Shown piece after piece: positions 9,466 through 19,130 of a stretch of 32,000 nt of DNA. This DNA comes from Prochlorococcus marinus subsp. pastoris str. CCMP1986 (GTDB lineage: Bacteria; Cyanobacteriota; Cyanobacteriia; PCC-6307; Cyanobiaceae). The notes under the pieces are model-generated. The model saw only the letters and a list, made by a program, of their open reading frames with translations. It did not search any database and was not told the origin of the DNA. The stretch spans positions 870,001-902,000 of the forward strand of contig NC_005072.1 of NCBI RefSeq assembly GCF_000011465.1, given 5' to 3'. Within the stretch, counting starts at the first letter, position 1; every line of letters begins with the position of its first letter. Made by a program: the position numbers and the translations under genes.

Positions 9466-9993
9466 ATGCTTATAAAAAAAAACGTAATTGATAAAATGAA
9501 CCAAAAAACTATAAATCGGCATAGAAAAATTGAGCACTTAGATTATCTTAAATGGATGAAATTCATTTTACGAAGATCAGAGGAAGTAGGTAAGGTTGAA
9601 TTACCAATTACAGCAGTAATAATAGATGAGAATGGAAGATGTATTGGTAGAGGAAGTAATAAAAGAGAAATTAACAATGACCCTTTAGGACATGCAGAAT
9701 TAATAGCTCTTAGACAAGCTTCATGGATTAAAAATGATTGGCGATTCAATGAATGCAGCATAATTGTAAATTTAGAGCCTTGTACAATGTGTGCTGCGGC
9801 ATTAGTTCAAGCAAGAATGGGTCAAGTTATATATGGTACAAAAGATGATAAAAGAGGCGGATTCGGAGGCACTATTGATTTATCTAAGCATGAAAGCGCA
9901 CATCATAAAATGAAAGTAGTAGGAGGAGTTTTAAATCAGGATTGTAAAAATAATATTAAGTTATGGTTTAAAAAGATGAGGAATCAAAAATAG
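9466..9993 (+). CDS. tadA: tRNA-specific adenosine deaminase (CDA-fold)
   Basis: HAELIALR (H-A-E zinc and catalytic motif) and PCTMCAAAL (PC..C). The start is uncertain; ATG codons at 9466, 9496 and further downstream are all in frame. Confidence 0.85.
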   Translation: MLIKKNVIDKMNQKTINRHRKIEHLDYLKWMKFILRRSEEVGKVELPITAVIIDENGRCIGRGSNKREINNDPLGHAELIALRQASWIKNDWRFNECSIIVNLEPCTMCAAALVQARMGQVIYGTKDDKRGGFGGTIDLSKHESAHHKMKVVGGVLNQDCKNNIKLWFKKMRNQK

Positions 9994-11152
9994 AAAACTT
10001 CTTTAATTCTGTATCAAATAAATTTAATAATCGATCAACATTCTCTTCATTAGAGTTAAACCCCATTAATCCAATACGCCAAACCTTACCAGACAATGCA
10101 CCTAGTCCATTTCCTATTTCAATACCAAAATTTTTCAAAAGATGATTTCTATATGCGTCTCCATCTACTGCGGGAGGAATTTTCACTGTTGTCAGAGTAG
10201 GTAACCTAAATTCACTGGAAACATGTAGGTCCATTCCTAAACTTTCTAATCCCTTCCATAATTTGATTGCATTAGAATTATGTCTTCTCCAAATATTTTC
10301 TAAGCCTTCATTAGCGATTAAGCGCAAACCCTCTCTTATTGCAAAATTCATATTCACTGGAGCAGTATGATGGTAAACACGATCAGATCCCCAATATCTA
10401 TTCAATAAGGATAAATCTAAGTACCAATTTGGAACTTTAGAAGTTCTTGCACTAAGTTTATCTTCTGCACGTTTGTTCATTGTGAAAGGACTAAGTCCAG
10501 GAGGGCAACTTAGACCTTTTTGGCTACAACTATAAGCAAGATCAATTTTCCAATCATCAATAAAAAGTTCTAGAGCACCTAATGATGTGACAGCATCAAC
10601 TAAAAACAAACAATTATTCTTTCTGCATAAATCACCTATCCCTTCAAGAGGTTGTAATACCCCAGTTGATGTCTCAGCGTGGACAATAGCAAATATTACA
10701 GGTTTTTTAGTTTCTATTTCATATTTTATTTCTTCAAAAGTAAACGCTTCTCCCCATTCTTTTTCAATTACTGAAACGTCCGCATTATATCTCGATGCCA
10801 TATCAACCAAACGATCCCCAAAATATCCTTTTTTTGCGATTAGAATTTTTTCTCCAGGCTCTATAAAATTAGCAATAGATGCTTCCATAGCTGCGCTACC
10901 TGTACCACTCATAGGTAGAGTTATTCGATTATTACATTGCCATGTATATCTAAGTAATTTTTGTACCTCGGACATTAACTCTATATATGCCTCATCTAAA
11001 TGCCCAATTGGATTAAGTGCTAAAGCCTTAAGGACTTCGGGATTAGCATTTGAAGGACCAGGTCCTAATAAAAGTCTTGAAGGAACATAAGTTTTATCGA
11101 GATGAGGTAGATTCTCTTTATTTAAAGTTGAAATGAGTTTTGTTTCGGTCAA
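9968..11152 (-). CDS. Class V aminotransferase, serine:pyruvate / alanine:glyoxylate aminotransferase type
   Basis: LLGPGPSN at the N-terminus, VHAETSTGV, and FLVDAVTSLG...SCSQKGLSCPPGLSP (the PLP-lysine region of the AGXT family). The 3' end overlaps tadA by 26 nt. Confidence 0.85.
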   Translation of the reverse strand: MTETKLISTLNKENLPHLDKTYVPSRLLLGPGPSNANPEVLKALALNPIGHLDEAYIELMSEVQKLLRYTWQCNNRITLPMSGTGSAAMEASIANFIEPGEKILIAKKGYFGDRLVDMASRYNADVSVIEKEWGEAFTFEEIKYEIETKKPVIFAIVHAETSTGVLQPLEGIGDLCRKNNCLFLVDAVTSLGALELFIDDWKIDLAYSCSQKGLSCPPGLSPFTMNKRAEDKLSARTSKVPNWYLDLSLLNRYWGSDRVYHHTAPVNMNFAIREGLRLIANEGLENIWRRHNSNAIKLWKGLESLGMDLHVSSEFRLPTLTTVKIPPAVDGDAYRNHLLKNFGIEIGNGLGALSGKVWRIGLMGFNSNEENVDRLLNLFDTELKKFSIFDSSSF

Positions 11153-11302
11153 AAACTTTTAAAGCATTACTTTTAAATTAAACTAATTTACCTACTAAAG
11201 CGAAGAATGTTTAAAGAAATTCATCCAATTTAAATATTTAAGTTAACAATTGGTAAACATATAACTTGAAATACTCAAAGAACCCAGCAAGTGTTGAAAA
11301 AA

Positions 11303-11316
11303 GTTACCTTTGATAC
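11303..11316 (+). promoter_or_regulatory. Candidate NtcA binding site (GTT-N8-TAC) of the glnA promoter
   Basis: GTTACCTTTGATAC deviates by one base from GTA-N8-TAC. Exactly 22 nt downstream is TAATTT (11339-11344), matching the TAN3T -10 box of NtcA-activated promoters. It lies 51 nt upstream of the glnA ATG. Confidence 0.4.
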
Positions 11317-11366
11317 ATAATTAGATTCGTCAAGTTATTAATTTTATTGGAGGTATAAATAAAGTA

Positions 11367-12788
11367 ATGGCCAAGTCTCCCCAAGACGTTTTAAGTCAGA
11401 TTAAGGATGAAGGAATTGAACTCATCGATCTAAAATTCACTGACATTCATGGTAAATGGCAACATCTAACCTTGACATCTGACATGATTGAGGAAGAATC
11501 ATTCACTGAAGGTCTTGCCTTTGATGGATCATCTATAAGAGGTTGGAAAGCGATTAACGCATCTGACATGTCTATGGTTCCAGATTCAAGTACCGCATGG
11601 ATAGATCCTTTTTATAAACATAAAACCTTAAGCATGATTTGCTCTATTCAAGAGCCAAGAAGTGGAGAACCCTATAATAGGTGCCCAAGATCATTAGCTC
11701 AAAAGGCATTAAAATATTTAGATTCCACAGGTATAGCGGATACTGCATTTTTTGGACCAGAGCCAGAATTCTTCTTATTCGATGATGTTAGATATGACTC
11801 TAAAGAAGGAAGTTGTTTTTATAGTGTAGATACTATTGAAGCTCCCTGGAATACTGGTCGAACAGAAGAAGGTGGAAACCTAGGTTATAAAATTCAATAC
11901 AAAGAGGGCTATTTCCCTGTTGCTCCTAATGACACCGCACAAGACATAAGGTCTGAAATGTTATTGCAAATGGCTGAATTAGGAATTCCAACTGAGAAGC
12001 ATCATCATGAAGTCGCTGGAGCAGGACAACATGAACTTGGTATAAAATTTGATTCCTTAATTAGCTCCGCTGATAGTGTTATGACATACAAATATGTTGT
12101 AAGAAACGTAGCCAAAAAATATGGGAAAACAGCAACATTTATGCCTAAACCTGTATTTAACGATAATGGAACAGGCATGCATGTTCATCAGAGTTTATGG
12201 GAAAGTGGTCAACCTCTATTCTATGGCGAAGGATCATATGCAAATCTATCTCAGACAGCAAGGTGGTATATCGGAGGTATTTTAAAACACGCTCCATCAT
12301 TCCTAGCATTTACTAATCCAACAACTAATAGCTATAAAAGATTAATTCCAGGTTTTGAAGCTCCGGTAAATCTAGTTTACTCAGAGGGTAATAGATCAGC
12401 AGCTGTAAGAATCCCTTTAACTGGACCTAATCCAAAAGCTAAAAGATTAGAATTTAGATCAGGTGATGCACTTGCTAACCCTTATTTAGCATTTTCTGTA
12501 ATGATGCTAGCTGGTATTGATGGTATTAAGAATCAAATTGATCCTGGTGATGGAGTTGATGTTGACTTATTTGAATTACCAGCAGAAGAGCTATCAAAAA
12601 TAGATACAGTTCCGTCATCTCTTAACGATTCACTAAATGCACTTAAAGCAGATAAAGATTATTTATTAGCTGGAGGGGTATTCACAGAAGATTTTATTGA
12701 TAATTTTATCGATATGAAGTACGAAGAGGTTCAACAATTAAGGCAGAGGCCCCACCCTCATGAATTTTTTATGTACTATGACGCTTAA
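11367..12788 (+). CDS. glnA: Glutamine synthetase type I
   Basis: 473 aa with FDGSSIRGW, the [18 protein letters not shown] region and NSYKRL.PG.EAP, which are canonical GSI signatures. Confidence 0.97.
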   Translation: MAKSPQDVLSQIKDEGIELIDLKFTDIHGKWQHLTLTSDMIEEESFTEGLAFDGSSIRGWKAINASDMSMVPDSSTAWIDPFYKHKTLSMICSIQEPRSGEPYNRCPRSLAQKALKYLDSTGIADTAFFGPEPEFFLFDDVRYDSKEGSCFYSVDTIEAPWNTGRTEEGGNLGYKIQYKEGYFPVAPNDTAQDIRSEMLLQMAELGIPTEKHHHEVAGAGQHELGIKFDSLISSADSVMTYKYVVRNVAKKYGKTATFMPKPVFNDNGTGMHVHQSLWESGQPLFYGEGSYANLSQTARWYIGGILKHAPSFLAFTNPTTNSYKRLIPGFEAPVNLVYSEGNRSAAVRIPLTGPNPKAKRLEFRSGDALANPYLAFSVMMLAGIDGIKNQIDPGDGVDVDLFELPAEELSKIDTVPSSLNDSLNALKADKDYLLAGGVFTEDFIDNFIDMKYEEVQQLRQRPHPHEFFMYYDA

Positions 12789-12825
12789 GTCAAAGTAAGA
12801 AATTTAAAAATTTTAAAAGATCTTT

Positions 12826-12867
12826 TTGAGATTTATCACAAATAATTCTCAAATTGATTTTTTTTTT
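12826..12867 (+). terminator. Weak candidate intrinsic terminator after glnA
   Basis: TTGAGA (12826-12831) pairs with TCTCAA (12847-12852) across a 15-nt loop. A run of 10 T (12858-12867) follows 5 nt later. The stem is short and AT-rich, so this is marginal. Confidence 0.25.
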
Positions 12868-12896
12868 GTTGGAATATATTTAATTAACAATAAAAA

Positions 12897-13952
12897 ATGG
12901 TAAAAGAACAAATTTCAAAAATTGCATATAAAACACTTCAACAAGGAAAAAGTATCGCTGGATTAGCTCATAAAGAATTAAGTACAAGAATCATGAATTT
13001 CGTACTACCGGATAATAAGCTTGGTAATCTTACAATAGATAAAAAACTTTTGGTCGATATCCAAAATTCAATGGATCGTCTCAGAGAAGAAGATTGGAAT
13101 GATGCAGAAAAAAATATATATCCTCAGAAATTATTATTTGATGAACCTTGGCTGAGATATTTAACCCAATATCCAAAAATTTGGCTGGATATGCCAAACA
13201 CATGGGACCGAAGAAGAAAACAAAATTATAAAGATCTTCCTAAAAATATAGAGAATGAAAACTACCCAAAGTATTACTTAAGAAATTTTCACCATCAGAC
13301 AGACGGTTATCTTTCTGATTTTTCGGCGAGTATTTATGATTTACAAGTAGAAATTCTTTTTAATGGAAGTGCCGATGCCATGAGAAGAAGAATAATTAAA
13401 CCCCTTAAGGAAGGATTAAATAATTTTGGTAATAGAAAAAAAAGTTCATTAAAAATTCTTGATGTTGCTACAGGTTCTGGTAGAACACTTAAACAGCTAA
13501 GAGGTGCATTCCCTAAAGAAAAAATTATAGGGCTTGATTTGTCTGGATCATACTTAAAAGAAGCTAGTAGATTTATTTCAAATCTAAATGGTGATTTAAT
13601 AGAATTGATTAAAGGTAATGCTGAAAATTTACCATTTGAAGATAATAGTATTCAAGGAATTACATGTGTTTATTTATTCCATGAATTACCTAGAACAGTA
13701 AGAGAAAATGTCTTAAAAGAATTCTTCAGAGTACTTGAACCGGATGGAATATTAATTCTTGCTGATTCAATACAAGAGAATGATTCACCTGATTTTATTC
13801 AGATAATGGAAAATTTTTATAAATCATTCCATGAACCCTTTTATTGTGATTACATCAAAGAAGATATAACTTCTAAAATAAAAGATATAGGTTTTAATAA
13901 CATAAAATCAAATTCATTTTTCATGACTAAAGTATGGTCTGCTATAAAATGA
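12897..13952 (+). CDS. Class I SAM-dependent methyltransferase (UbiE/COQ5-like, type 11)
   Basis: Motif I ILDVATGSGRT, acidic post-I GLDLS, and downstream ENLPFEDNSIQGI..VYLFHELP and LEPDGILIL. The N-terminal extension of about 170 aa has no assigned function. Confidence 0.8.
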   Translation: MVKEQISKIAYKTLQQGKSIAGLAHKELSTRIMNFVLPDNKLGNLTIDKKLLVDIQNSMDRLREEDWNDAEKNIYPQKLLFDEPWLRYLTQYPKIWLDMPNTWDRRRKQNYKDLPKNIENENYPKYYLRNFHHQTDGYLSDFSASIYDLQVEILFNGSADAMRRRIIKPLKEGLNNFGNRKKSSLKILDVATGSGRTLKQLRGAFPKEKIIGLDLSGSYLKEASRFISNLNGDLIELIKGNAENLPFEDNSIQGITCVYLFHELPRTVRENVLKEFFRVLEPDGILILADSIQENDSPDFIQIMENFYKSFHEPFYCDYIKEDITSKIKDIGFNNIKSNSFFMTKVWSAIK

Positions 13953-13972
13953 AGAAATAATAAATAACTACT

Positions 13973-14227
13973 ATGGATAATCTGGATGAAGATACTATTC
14001 AACTTGCCCAAAAACTTAATAATAAGTTAAAAATAGATCACCTAGATTGGCACAAACTAAAGGGGAAAAAATTAAATAGATCAGCAGAACTTATATCAGC
14101 CGCATTATGCCAATTACTAATTTCAGAGAATGAGAAGGATACCATAAAATATTTGGAAGAAAGTTTAAAATGGTTAAAAGGAATTAATGTAGACAGTCCA
14201 TGTCCAAGTAAACATTCATCTTTTTAA
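13973..14227 (+). CDS. Hypothetical protein, 84 aa
   Basis: Clean ORF 20 nt after the methyltransferase stop with a helical-looking sequence. I recognise no motif. Confidence 0.45.
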   Translation: MDNLDEDTIQLAQKLNNKLKIDHLDWHKLKGKKLNRSAELISAALCQLLISENEKDTIKYLEESLKWLKGINVDSPCPSKHSSF

Positions 14228-14659
14228 GGCTAATTGGAGCCGATTACCCTTATTACTCCATCTAATATCATCGAAACATTCATTTATTATATAAAGACCC
14301 CGCCCATTAAATGAAGTAAATTTTTTAGGTAATTTATATAATCTTTTTTTTATTTCTAAACCATTACCTTGATCTTGAATTTGCCATACACACCAGTTAG
14401 GAGTAATGATTCTTCGAACTCTAATCGATTTATTAGGATCTAGTTTGTTGCCATGCGTAACCGCATTTATAAGTGCTTCATGTAAACCTAGTTTTATGTT
14501 GTAGCTGTATTGAGAAGTATTTAAAGGTTCTAACAATAAATCAACAAAATCATTTAATTGTAGTGAAGAATTTAATTCAAAATTAGACCAGTTAATTGCT
14601 GGTTTATTAAGTAAATCAATAATAAAATTTAAAAGAATTTTGCCCTGAAAAAAGGACAT
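14216..14659 (-). CDS. Anti-sigma regulatory factor / serine protein kinase of the RsbW-SpoIIAB type (GHKL ATPase fold)
   Basis: N-box LHEALINAVTHGN, G1 box IQDQGNG and G2 box GRGLYIINE in a 147-aa protein. Confidence 0.7.
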   Translation of the reverse strand: MSFFQGKILLNFIIDLLNKPAINWSNFELNSSLQLNDFVDLLLEPLNTSQYSYNIKLGLHEALINAVTHGNKLDPNKSIRVRRIITPNWCVWQIQDQGNGLEIKKRLYKLPKKFTSFNGRGLYIINECFDDIRWSNKGNRLQLALKR

Positions 14660-14708
14660 AACTTTATATCTATATTAAGAATATTTTAGCTTATCAAATA
14701 GCTCTAGA

Positions 14709-15443
14709 TCAAAGAATATTATTATGCCTCAATGAAATTGCTGGATGTCTGAGAATTGAATCCATAAGTCTTACTCCCCTAAGTTGATTAATTAATGGCA
14801 TATGTCCTTCAGGAGCTTCTAATGACCAACTAAATGAACTTGGATATCTAGTCCAATATCCATCTTTTTTCCATCCTATCTTTGGCCATAACAATTCATA
14901 TTTTTTTCCAACTGACTTAAGAAGTTTAGCTTGTATAGAAAAACCAAACCTGCCATTTGAATAAATTGTCCATAATCTATCAATCGTTTGAAGATCAGTG
15001 CCTGACATATTATTGACCTCACTATAAAAAACATAACCACGATTTTCAGCAAGCTTACCAGCTAGTTTTCTTAAATATGAACTGGTTAATCTATCAGCAT
15101 CCTCAAAGTTTTGTTCTAATAACCTCAACTGTAGTTCTTCATAGTTAATATCTTTATCTGAAGAAGTAAAAAACCAATTATTGTATTTTTTATCATTAAA
15201 AAAAATTGGTTTATGTTTTTTTAATACTTGAAGTAACCAACCAGCAGCCCAATCATCTCCTTTCTGATCAAAATCATCAAATATTTTCTTTCCAATCAAA
15301 AATATGTTTTCGACATCTGATTCAATATCAGATAATAAATTTATTCTTTTCCGTTGATTTGATTTTACAAAAATATTAACTAAATTTAATGTACTCTTAT
15401 AATGGTCTTCTTGATCTTTGTTTGTCATTTCTAATAAATCCAT
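14709..15443 (-). CDS. GUN4-domain protein (Ycf53-like porphyrin-binding regulator of Mg-chelatase)
   Basis: The C-terminal half reads LWTIYSNGRFGFSIQ....IGWKKDG.W....F.WSLEAPEGHMP, the hallmark GUN4 domain pattern. Confidence 0.8.
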   Translation of the reverse strand: MDLLEMTNKDQEDHYKSTLNLVNIFVKSNQRKRINLLSDIESDVENIFLIGKKIFDDFDQKGDDWAAGWLLQVLKKHKPIFFNDKKYNNWFFTSSDKDINYEELQLRLLEQNFEDADRLTSSYLRKLAGKLAENRGYVFYSEVNNMSGTDLQTIDRLWTIYSNGRFGFSIQAKLLKSVGKKYELLWPKIGWKKDGYWTRYPSSFSWSLEAPEGHMPLINQLRGVRLMDSILRHPAISLRHNNIL

Positions 15444-15462
15444 TTAATTTTTAAAACTATCC

Positions 15463-16515
15463 ATGAACTCCAGAAAAGAAGAACTAGAGAAATTCAGGAA
15501 GTTAAATGGCCCACTTATTGATGTTAGGAGTCCAGGAGAATATTATAAAGGACATATGCCAAATTCTATAAATATTCCGTTATTTGATAATGAAGAGAGA
15601 TCGATAGTAGGAACTGTATATAAAAATTACGGTAGACAAGAGGCAGTAATAAAAGGTTTGGAATTTTTAGCCGTAAAAATTGAAAATATTATTAATAAGT
15701 TATTTGAAGTTATAAATGATCATCAATTGACAAGTCATAATTCACAATTTAGTGATCCCACCTTAAAAATCTACTGTGCCAGGGGTGGAATGAGATCTCA
15801 AAGTTTATGCTGGCTTTTAGAAAAATACAATCATAGAAGTGTTACTTTAAAAAATGGCTATAAAAGCTACAGAAAATGGACTTTAGATAGCTTTAATAAA
15901 AAATGGGAAATAGTTGTTATGGGAGGAAAAACTGGAACTGGTAAAACTAAAATATTAAAATTACTTCGTGATAATAATTATCAGATCATTGATTTAGAAG
16001 GGTTAGCTGGCCATAGAGGAAGTACTTTTGGCGGACTAGGCATGAAAGCACAACCTTCAAATGAACAATTTGAAAATACCATCGCAGAGGAATTAAAAGG
16101 TTTTATAAAAAATAAGAAAATATTCGTCGAAGCTGAAAGTGCAAATATTGGAAAATGTAAAATACCTCATGAGTTTTTTAGTCAAATGAAATCAGCAGAG
16201 AGAATTGAAATAAAAAAAAGTGAATCAAATCGTTTAGAGGAATTAATTAAAACATATAGTATTTTTGAAGAAAAAGATCTTATAGAAGCTGTTTTAAGAA
16301 TAAAGAAAAGATTAGGTCCACAAAGAACAACAATTGCAATCGAGTCAATTAAAAATAAAGATTGGAAATCGGTTTGTAAGTCTGTTTTAGAATATTATGA
16401 TAAGTGCTATGACTATGAAAAAACAGGGGCAAGTAATATTAAAATATTAGATATGACAGATATCTTTGACGATCAAACAACATTGAGATTAATAAATGAA
16501 TATATGAAATCATAA
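15463..16515 (+). CDS. selU: tRNA 2-selenouridine synthase (rhodanese plus P-loop domains)
   Basis: LIDVRSPGEYYKGHMPNSINIPL (rhodanese), active-site loop YCARGGMRS, and Walker A GGKTGTGKT. Confidence 0.85.
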   Translation: MNSRKEELEKFRKLNGPLIDVRSPGEYYKGHMPNSINIPLFDNEERSIVGTVYKNYGRQEAVIKGLEFLAVKIENIINKLFEVINDHQLTSHNSQFSDPTLKIYCARGGMRSQSLCWLLEKYNHRSVTLKNGYKSYRKWTLDSFNKKWEIVVMGGKTGTGKTKILKLLRDNNYQIIDLEGLAGHRGSTFGGLGMKAQPSNEQFENTIAEELKGFIKNKKIFVEAESANIGKCKIPHEFFSQMKSAERIEIKKSESNRLEELIKTYSIFEEKDLIEAVLRIKKRLGPQRTTIAIESIKNKDWKSVCKSVLEYYDKCYDYEKTGASNIKILDMTDIFDDQTTLRLINEYMKS

Positions 16516-16570
16516 ATTTTAACGAAATATGCTTTTATTATCTACAATATAAATTAACTTTTAAACTATT

Positions 16571-16924
16571 ATGGCAGAAAATAACTTAGCAAAAATTCAA
16601 TTTTATGAAGGAACTGATGAACCAGTTGTTCCAGAAATTAGATTAACGAGAGGTAATGATGGAACTACTGGACAAGCAATATTTATATTTGAAAAACCTC
16701 AAGCATTATCTTCAGTTGCAGATGGTGAGATTACAGGAATGAGAATGATTGATGCCGAAGGAGAAATATTAACCAGAGAAGTTAAAGTCAAATTTGTTGA
16801 TGGTGAACCAATGTTTTTAGAGGGAACCTATATATGGAAAACCAAATCTGATTTTGATAGATTTATGAGGTTTGCTAATAGTTATGCCAAATCAAATGGA
16901 TTAGGATACTCTGAGAAGAAGTAA
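16571..16924 (+). CDS. psb28: Photosystem II assembly protein Psb28
   Basis: [35 protein letters not shown]...FMRFA is the highly conserved Psb28 sequence. Confidence 0.95.
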   Translation: MAENNLAKIQFYEGTDEPVVPEIRLTRGNDGTTGQAIFIFEKPQALSSVADGEITGMRMIDAEGEILTREVKVKFVDGEPMFLEGTYIWKTKSDFDRFMRFANSYAKSNGLGYSEKK

Positions 16925-16938
16925 ATAGATTATGAAAA

Positions 16939-17982
16939 TTGAATCGTTCCTTCTATTTTAAATTTTCTGTTGTAATAATAAGCTTTTTATTAGTATGGAC
17001 CTTGAGGGATTTCATTCTTTTAATTATTTGTTCATTAGTAATATCGAATGTAGTTAGTAATTTATGTTACCAAATACAAACCATTTTAAAATTACCAAGA
17101 TTTGTTTCCTTATTGATTGTTTTAGTTGGAATATCATTCATGATATTTGCTATTTCTATCATTGTATTACCCCCATTCATAAGAGAATTTAATGAAATAT
17201 TAATAGATATTCCAAATGGATTATCAAGAGTTAATGAATTGGTCAACTCTAACCTAAATAAATTTAACGATCTAATTTATGGTAAAGAATCTGAGAGGAT
17301 AGTAAACATTTTCGACCTTGTTAATGATGTAGTTCCAATTCCAGATGGCGCTACTATTGCCAAAGCAATTCAAGAAAGTTTTATAAATATAATTAATTTA
17401 GCTGGAAACCTCGGATCTGGATTTATAAGAGTAATCTTTGTATTAGTTGTAAGTTTTATGATATCCATTGAACCAAAAGCTTATAAAGAGGGAGTGCTCT
17501 TTATGATTCCTAAAGTTTATCGAAATAAATTCAGGATTATATTAGATAAGTGTAATATTGCATTAACAAATTGGACTTTTTCTATAGTGATAAGTTCAAT
17601 ATCAGTAGGTTTATTATCTTTAATAGTTTTATCAATTTTAGATGTTAAATATGTAGTTTCAAATGCAATTATAGCAATGATCTTAAACATAATTCCTAAC
17701 ATAGGACCAGTTTTAAGTGGAATATTTCCTATCTCAATCGCACTTTTAGATAACTTTTGGAAACCAGTAGCTGTTTTTGGGGCTTATATTGTAATTCAAA
17801 ATATAGAGAGTTATATAATAATGCCCTCTATATTGAAGAAGAAAACAAATTTACTTCCAGGATTAACATTAATATCTCAATTTGGATTTACTTTCATCTT
17901 TGGTCCTTTAGGATTAGTATTATCTTTGCCAATTGTAGTAGTAACACAAGTATTAATTAAAGAGCTAATTAATGATAATTAA
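16939..17982 (+). CDS. AI-2E family transporter (PerM-like permease)
   Basis: 347-aa polytopic membrane protein with the typical C-terminal IPNIGPVLSGIFPI....QNIESYIIMP motif. TTG start 14 nt after psb28. Confidence 0.8.
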   Translation: MNRSFYFKFSVVIISFLLVWTLRDFILLIICSLVISNVVSNLCYQIQTILKLPRFVSLLIVLVGISFMIFAISIIVLPPFIREFNEILIDIPNGLSRVNELVNSNLNKFNDLIYGKESERIVNIFDLVNDVVPIPDGATIAKAIQESFINIINLAGNLGSGFIRVIFVLVVSFMISIEPKAYKEGVLFMIPKVYRNKFRIILDKCNIALTNWTFSIVISSISVGLLSLIVLSILDVKYVVSNAIIAMILNIIPNIGPVLSGIFPISIALLDNFWKPVAVFGAYIVIQNIESYIIMPSILKKKTNLLPGLTLISQFGFTFIFGPLGLVLSLPIVVVTQVLIKELINDN

Positions 17983-17988
17983 AGACTT

Positions 17989-18171
17989 TTATTTAGTTAA
18001 TTTCCTATACAAATATGGATAAGAAAAAAGTACAAAGAAGGAAAGAGGATGTTTAGATAATGCAAAATATAAGGAATTAAATGTAAAATGATCTATTAGT
18101 ATTCTTAATTCTGTAGATAAATCAATTAACACTAAAGAAAATAGAAGAATTAGATAGTAATTTATTTTCAT
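17989..18171 (-). CDS. Possible small hydrophobic protein (hypothetical)
   Basis: 60-aa ORF 16 nt downstream of secF on the same strand with one N-terminal TM. No recognisable motif. Confidence 0.3.
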   Translation of the reverse strand: MKINYYLILLFSLVLIDLSTELRILIDHFTFNSLYFALSKHPLSFFVLFSYPYLYRKLTK

Positions 18172-18187
18172 TAAATTACTCCTTAGT

Positions 18188-19105
18188 TTAATCTTTAATT
18201 AGAAATGAAGGTGCTAGTAATATACTTGAATAACTACCTATTAAAATTCCTAGGGTCAAAGATACAGAAAACCAAAATAGCGAATATGAACCAAAAATTA
18301 TTAGTGTTAGTAGAGGTATTAATGTTGTAATACTAGTAAAAAATGTTCTTCGAAAGGATTCATTAACAGAAATTTGGATTATTTTATTATAGTTATCTGA
18401 ATCTTTCTTTAAATTTTCTCTAATCCTATCGAAAATTACAACTGTATCATTTACTGAATAACCAGCAATTGTTAATAAAGAAACGGCAAACAAACTATTT
18501 ACCTCAATAGACAATAGGACACCTAACCAAGAAAAAATTCCAAAAACAATAAATAAATCATGGAATAAAGCTAATAAAGCAAACAACGCATATTTCTTGT
18601 CAAATCGAATAGATATGTATAAAGATATTGCAAATAAAGAAACTAATAAAGAGGTGGCACAATTTGTAAGAAGTTTTTTGCCAAGTTTTGGACCTATTAT
18701 TCTAGAGTTTTTACTGTCATAATCTAAAGGACCTAAAATTTTATCAACATTAGATATCAAATCATTTGATTCTTCAATAGTTAAATAAGGAGTCCTAATA
18801 GAAATTAAACTATTATTATTTTGAATTTGTAATTTAATATTATTTAGAAGATTTTTATTATTTGAAAAACTTCTCAGTTTTTCAATAACTAAATCAGGGG
18901 AAATATTTTCACATACTTCTTTACAACTCCTCTCAATTCTTAATTCATTACCACCAATAAAGTCCATTCCAAGATTAATAGGTTTTTTGAATGAAGTGTT
19001 AAAAGTTGAATATAAGATTCCTATTAAACTTAACAAAATAAGAAAAGATGAAAATCCAAATATTTTATTTTTATTTTTAATTAAATTAAAACTAAATGAT
19101 GTCAT
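18188..19105 (-). CDS. secF: Protein translocase subunit SecF
   Basis: GMDFIGGNEL near the N-terminus and the C-terminal 5-TM region with GYSVNDTVVIFDRIRE. Confidence 0.9.
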   Translation of the reverse strand: MTSFSFNLIKNKNKIFGFSSFLILLSLIGILYSTFNTSFKKPINLGMDFIGGNELRIERSCKEVCENISPDLVIEKLRSFSNNKNLLNNIKLQIQNNNSLISIRTPYLTIEESNDLISNVDKILGPLDYDSKNSRIIGPKLGKKLLTNCATSLLVSLFAISLYISIRFDKKYALFALLALFHDLFIVFGIFSWLGVLLSIEVNSLFAVSLLTIAGYSVNDTVVIFDRIRENLKKDSDNYNKIIQISVNESFRRTFFTSITTLIPLLTLIIFGSYSLFWFSVSLTLGILIGSYSSILLAPSFLIKD

Positions 19106-19130
19106 GAATTAGATAATTAATAAATTAAAT

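Noticed and set aside
222-11090. Antisense or alternate-frame ORFs in the six-frame track lying inside strong genes: 222..524, 2696..3031, 3410..3628, 3716..3931, 4944..5324, 7050..7370, 7503..7691, 8276..8458, 8594..8887, 8951..9166, 9543..9761 and 10587..11090.
   Set aside because: Each lies wholly within a CDS with clear family motifs on the other strand. Their translations are low-complexity Ile/Leu/Ser/Phe-rich strings typical of shadow ORFs in AT-rich DNA, and none has a recognisable motif.
12815-12826. Perfect 12-nt palindrome AAAAGATCTTTT downstream of glnA.
   Set aside because: It has no loop, so it is not a hairpin terminator. A short AT-rich palindrome centred on AGATCT is expected by chance, and no partner site or repeat occurs elsewhere in the window.
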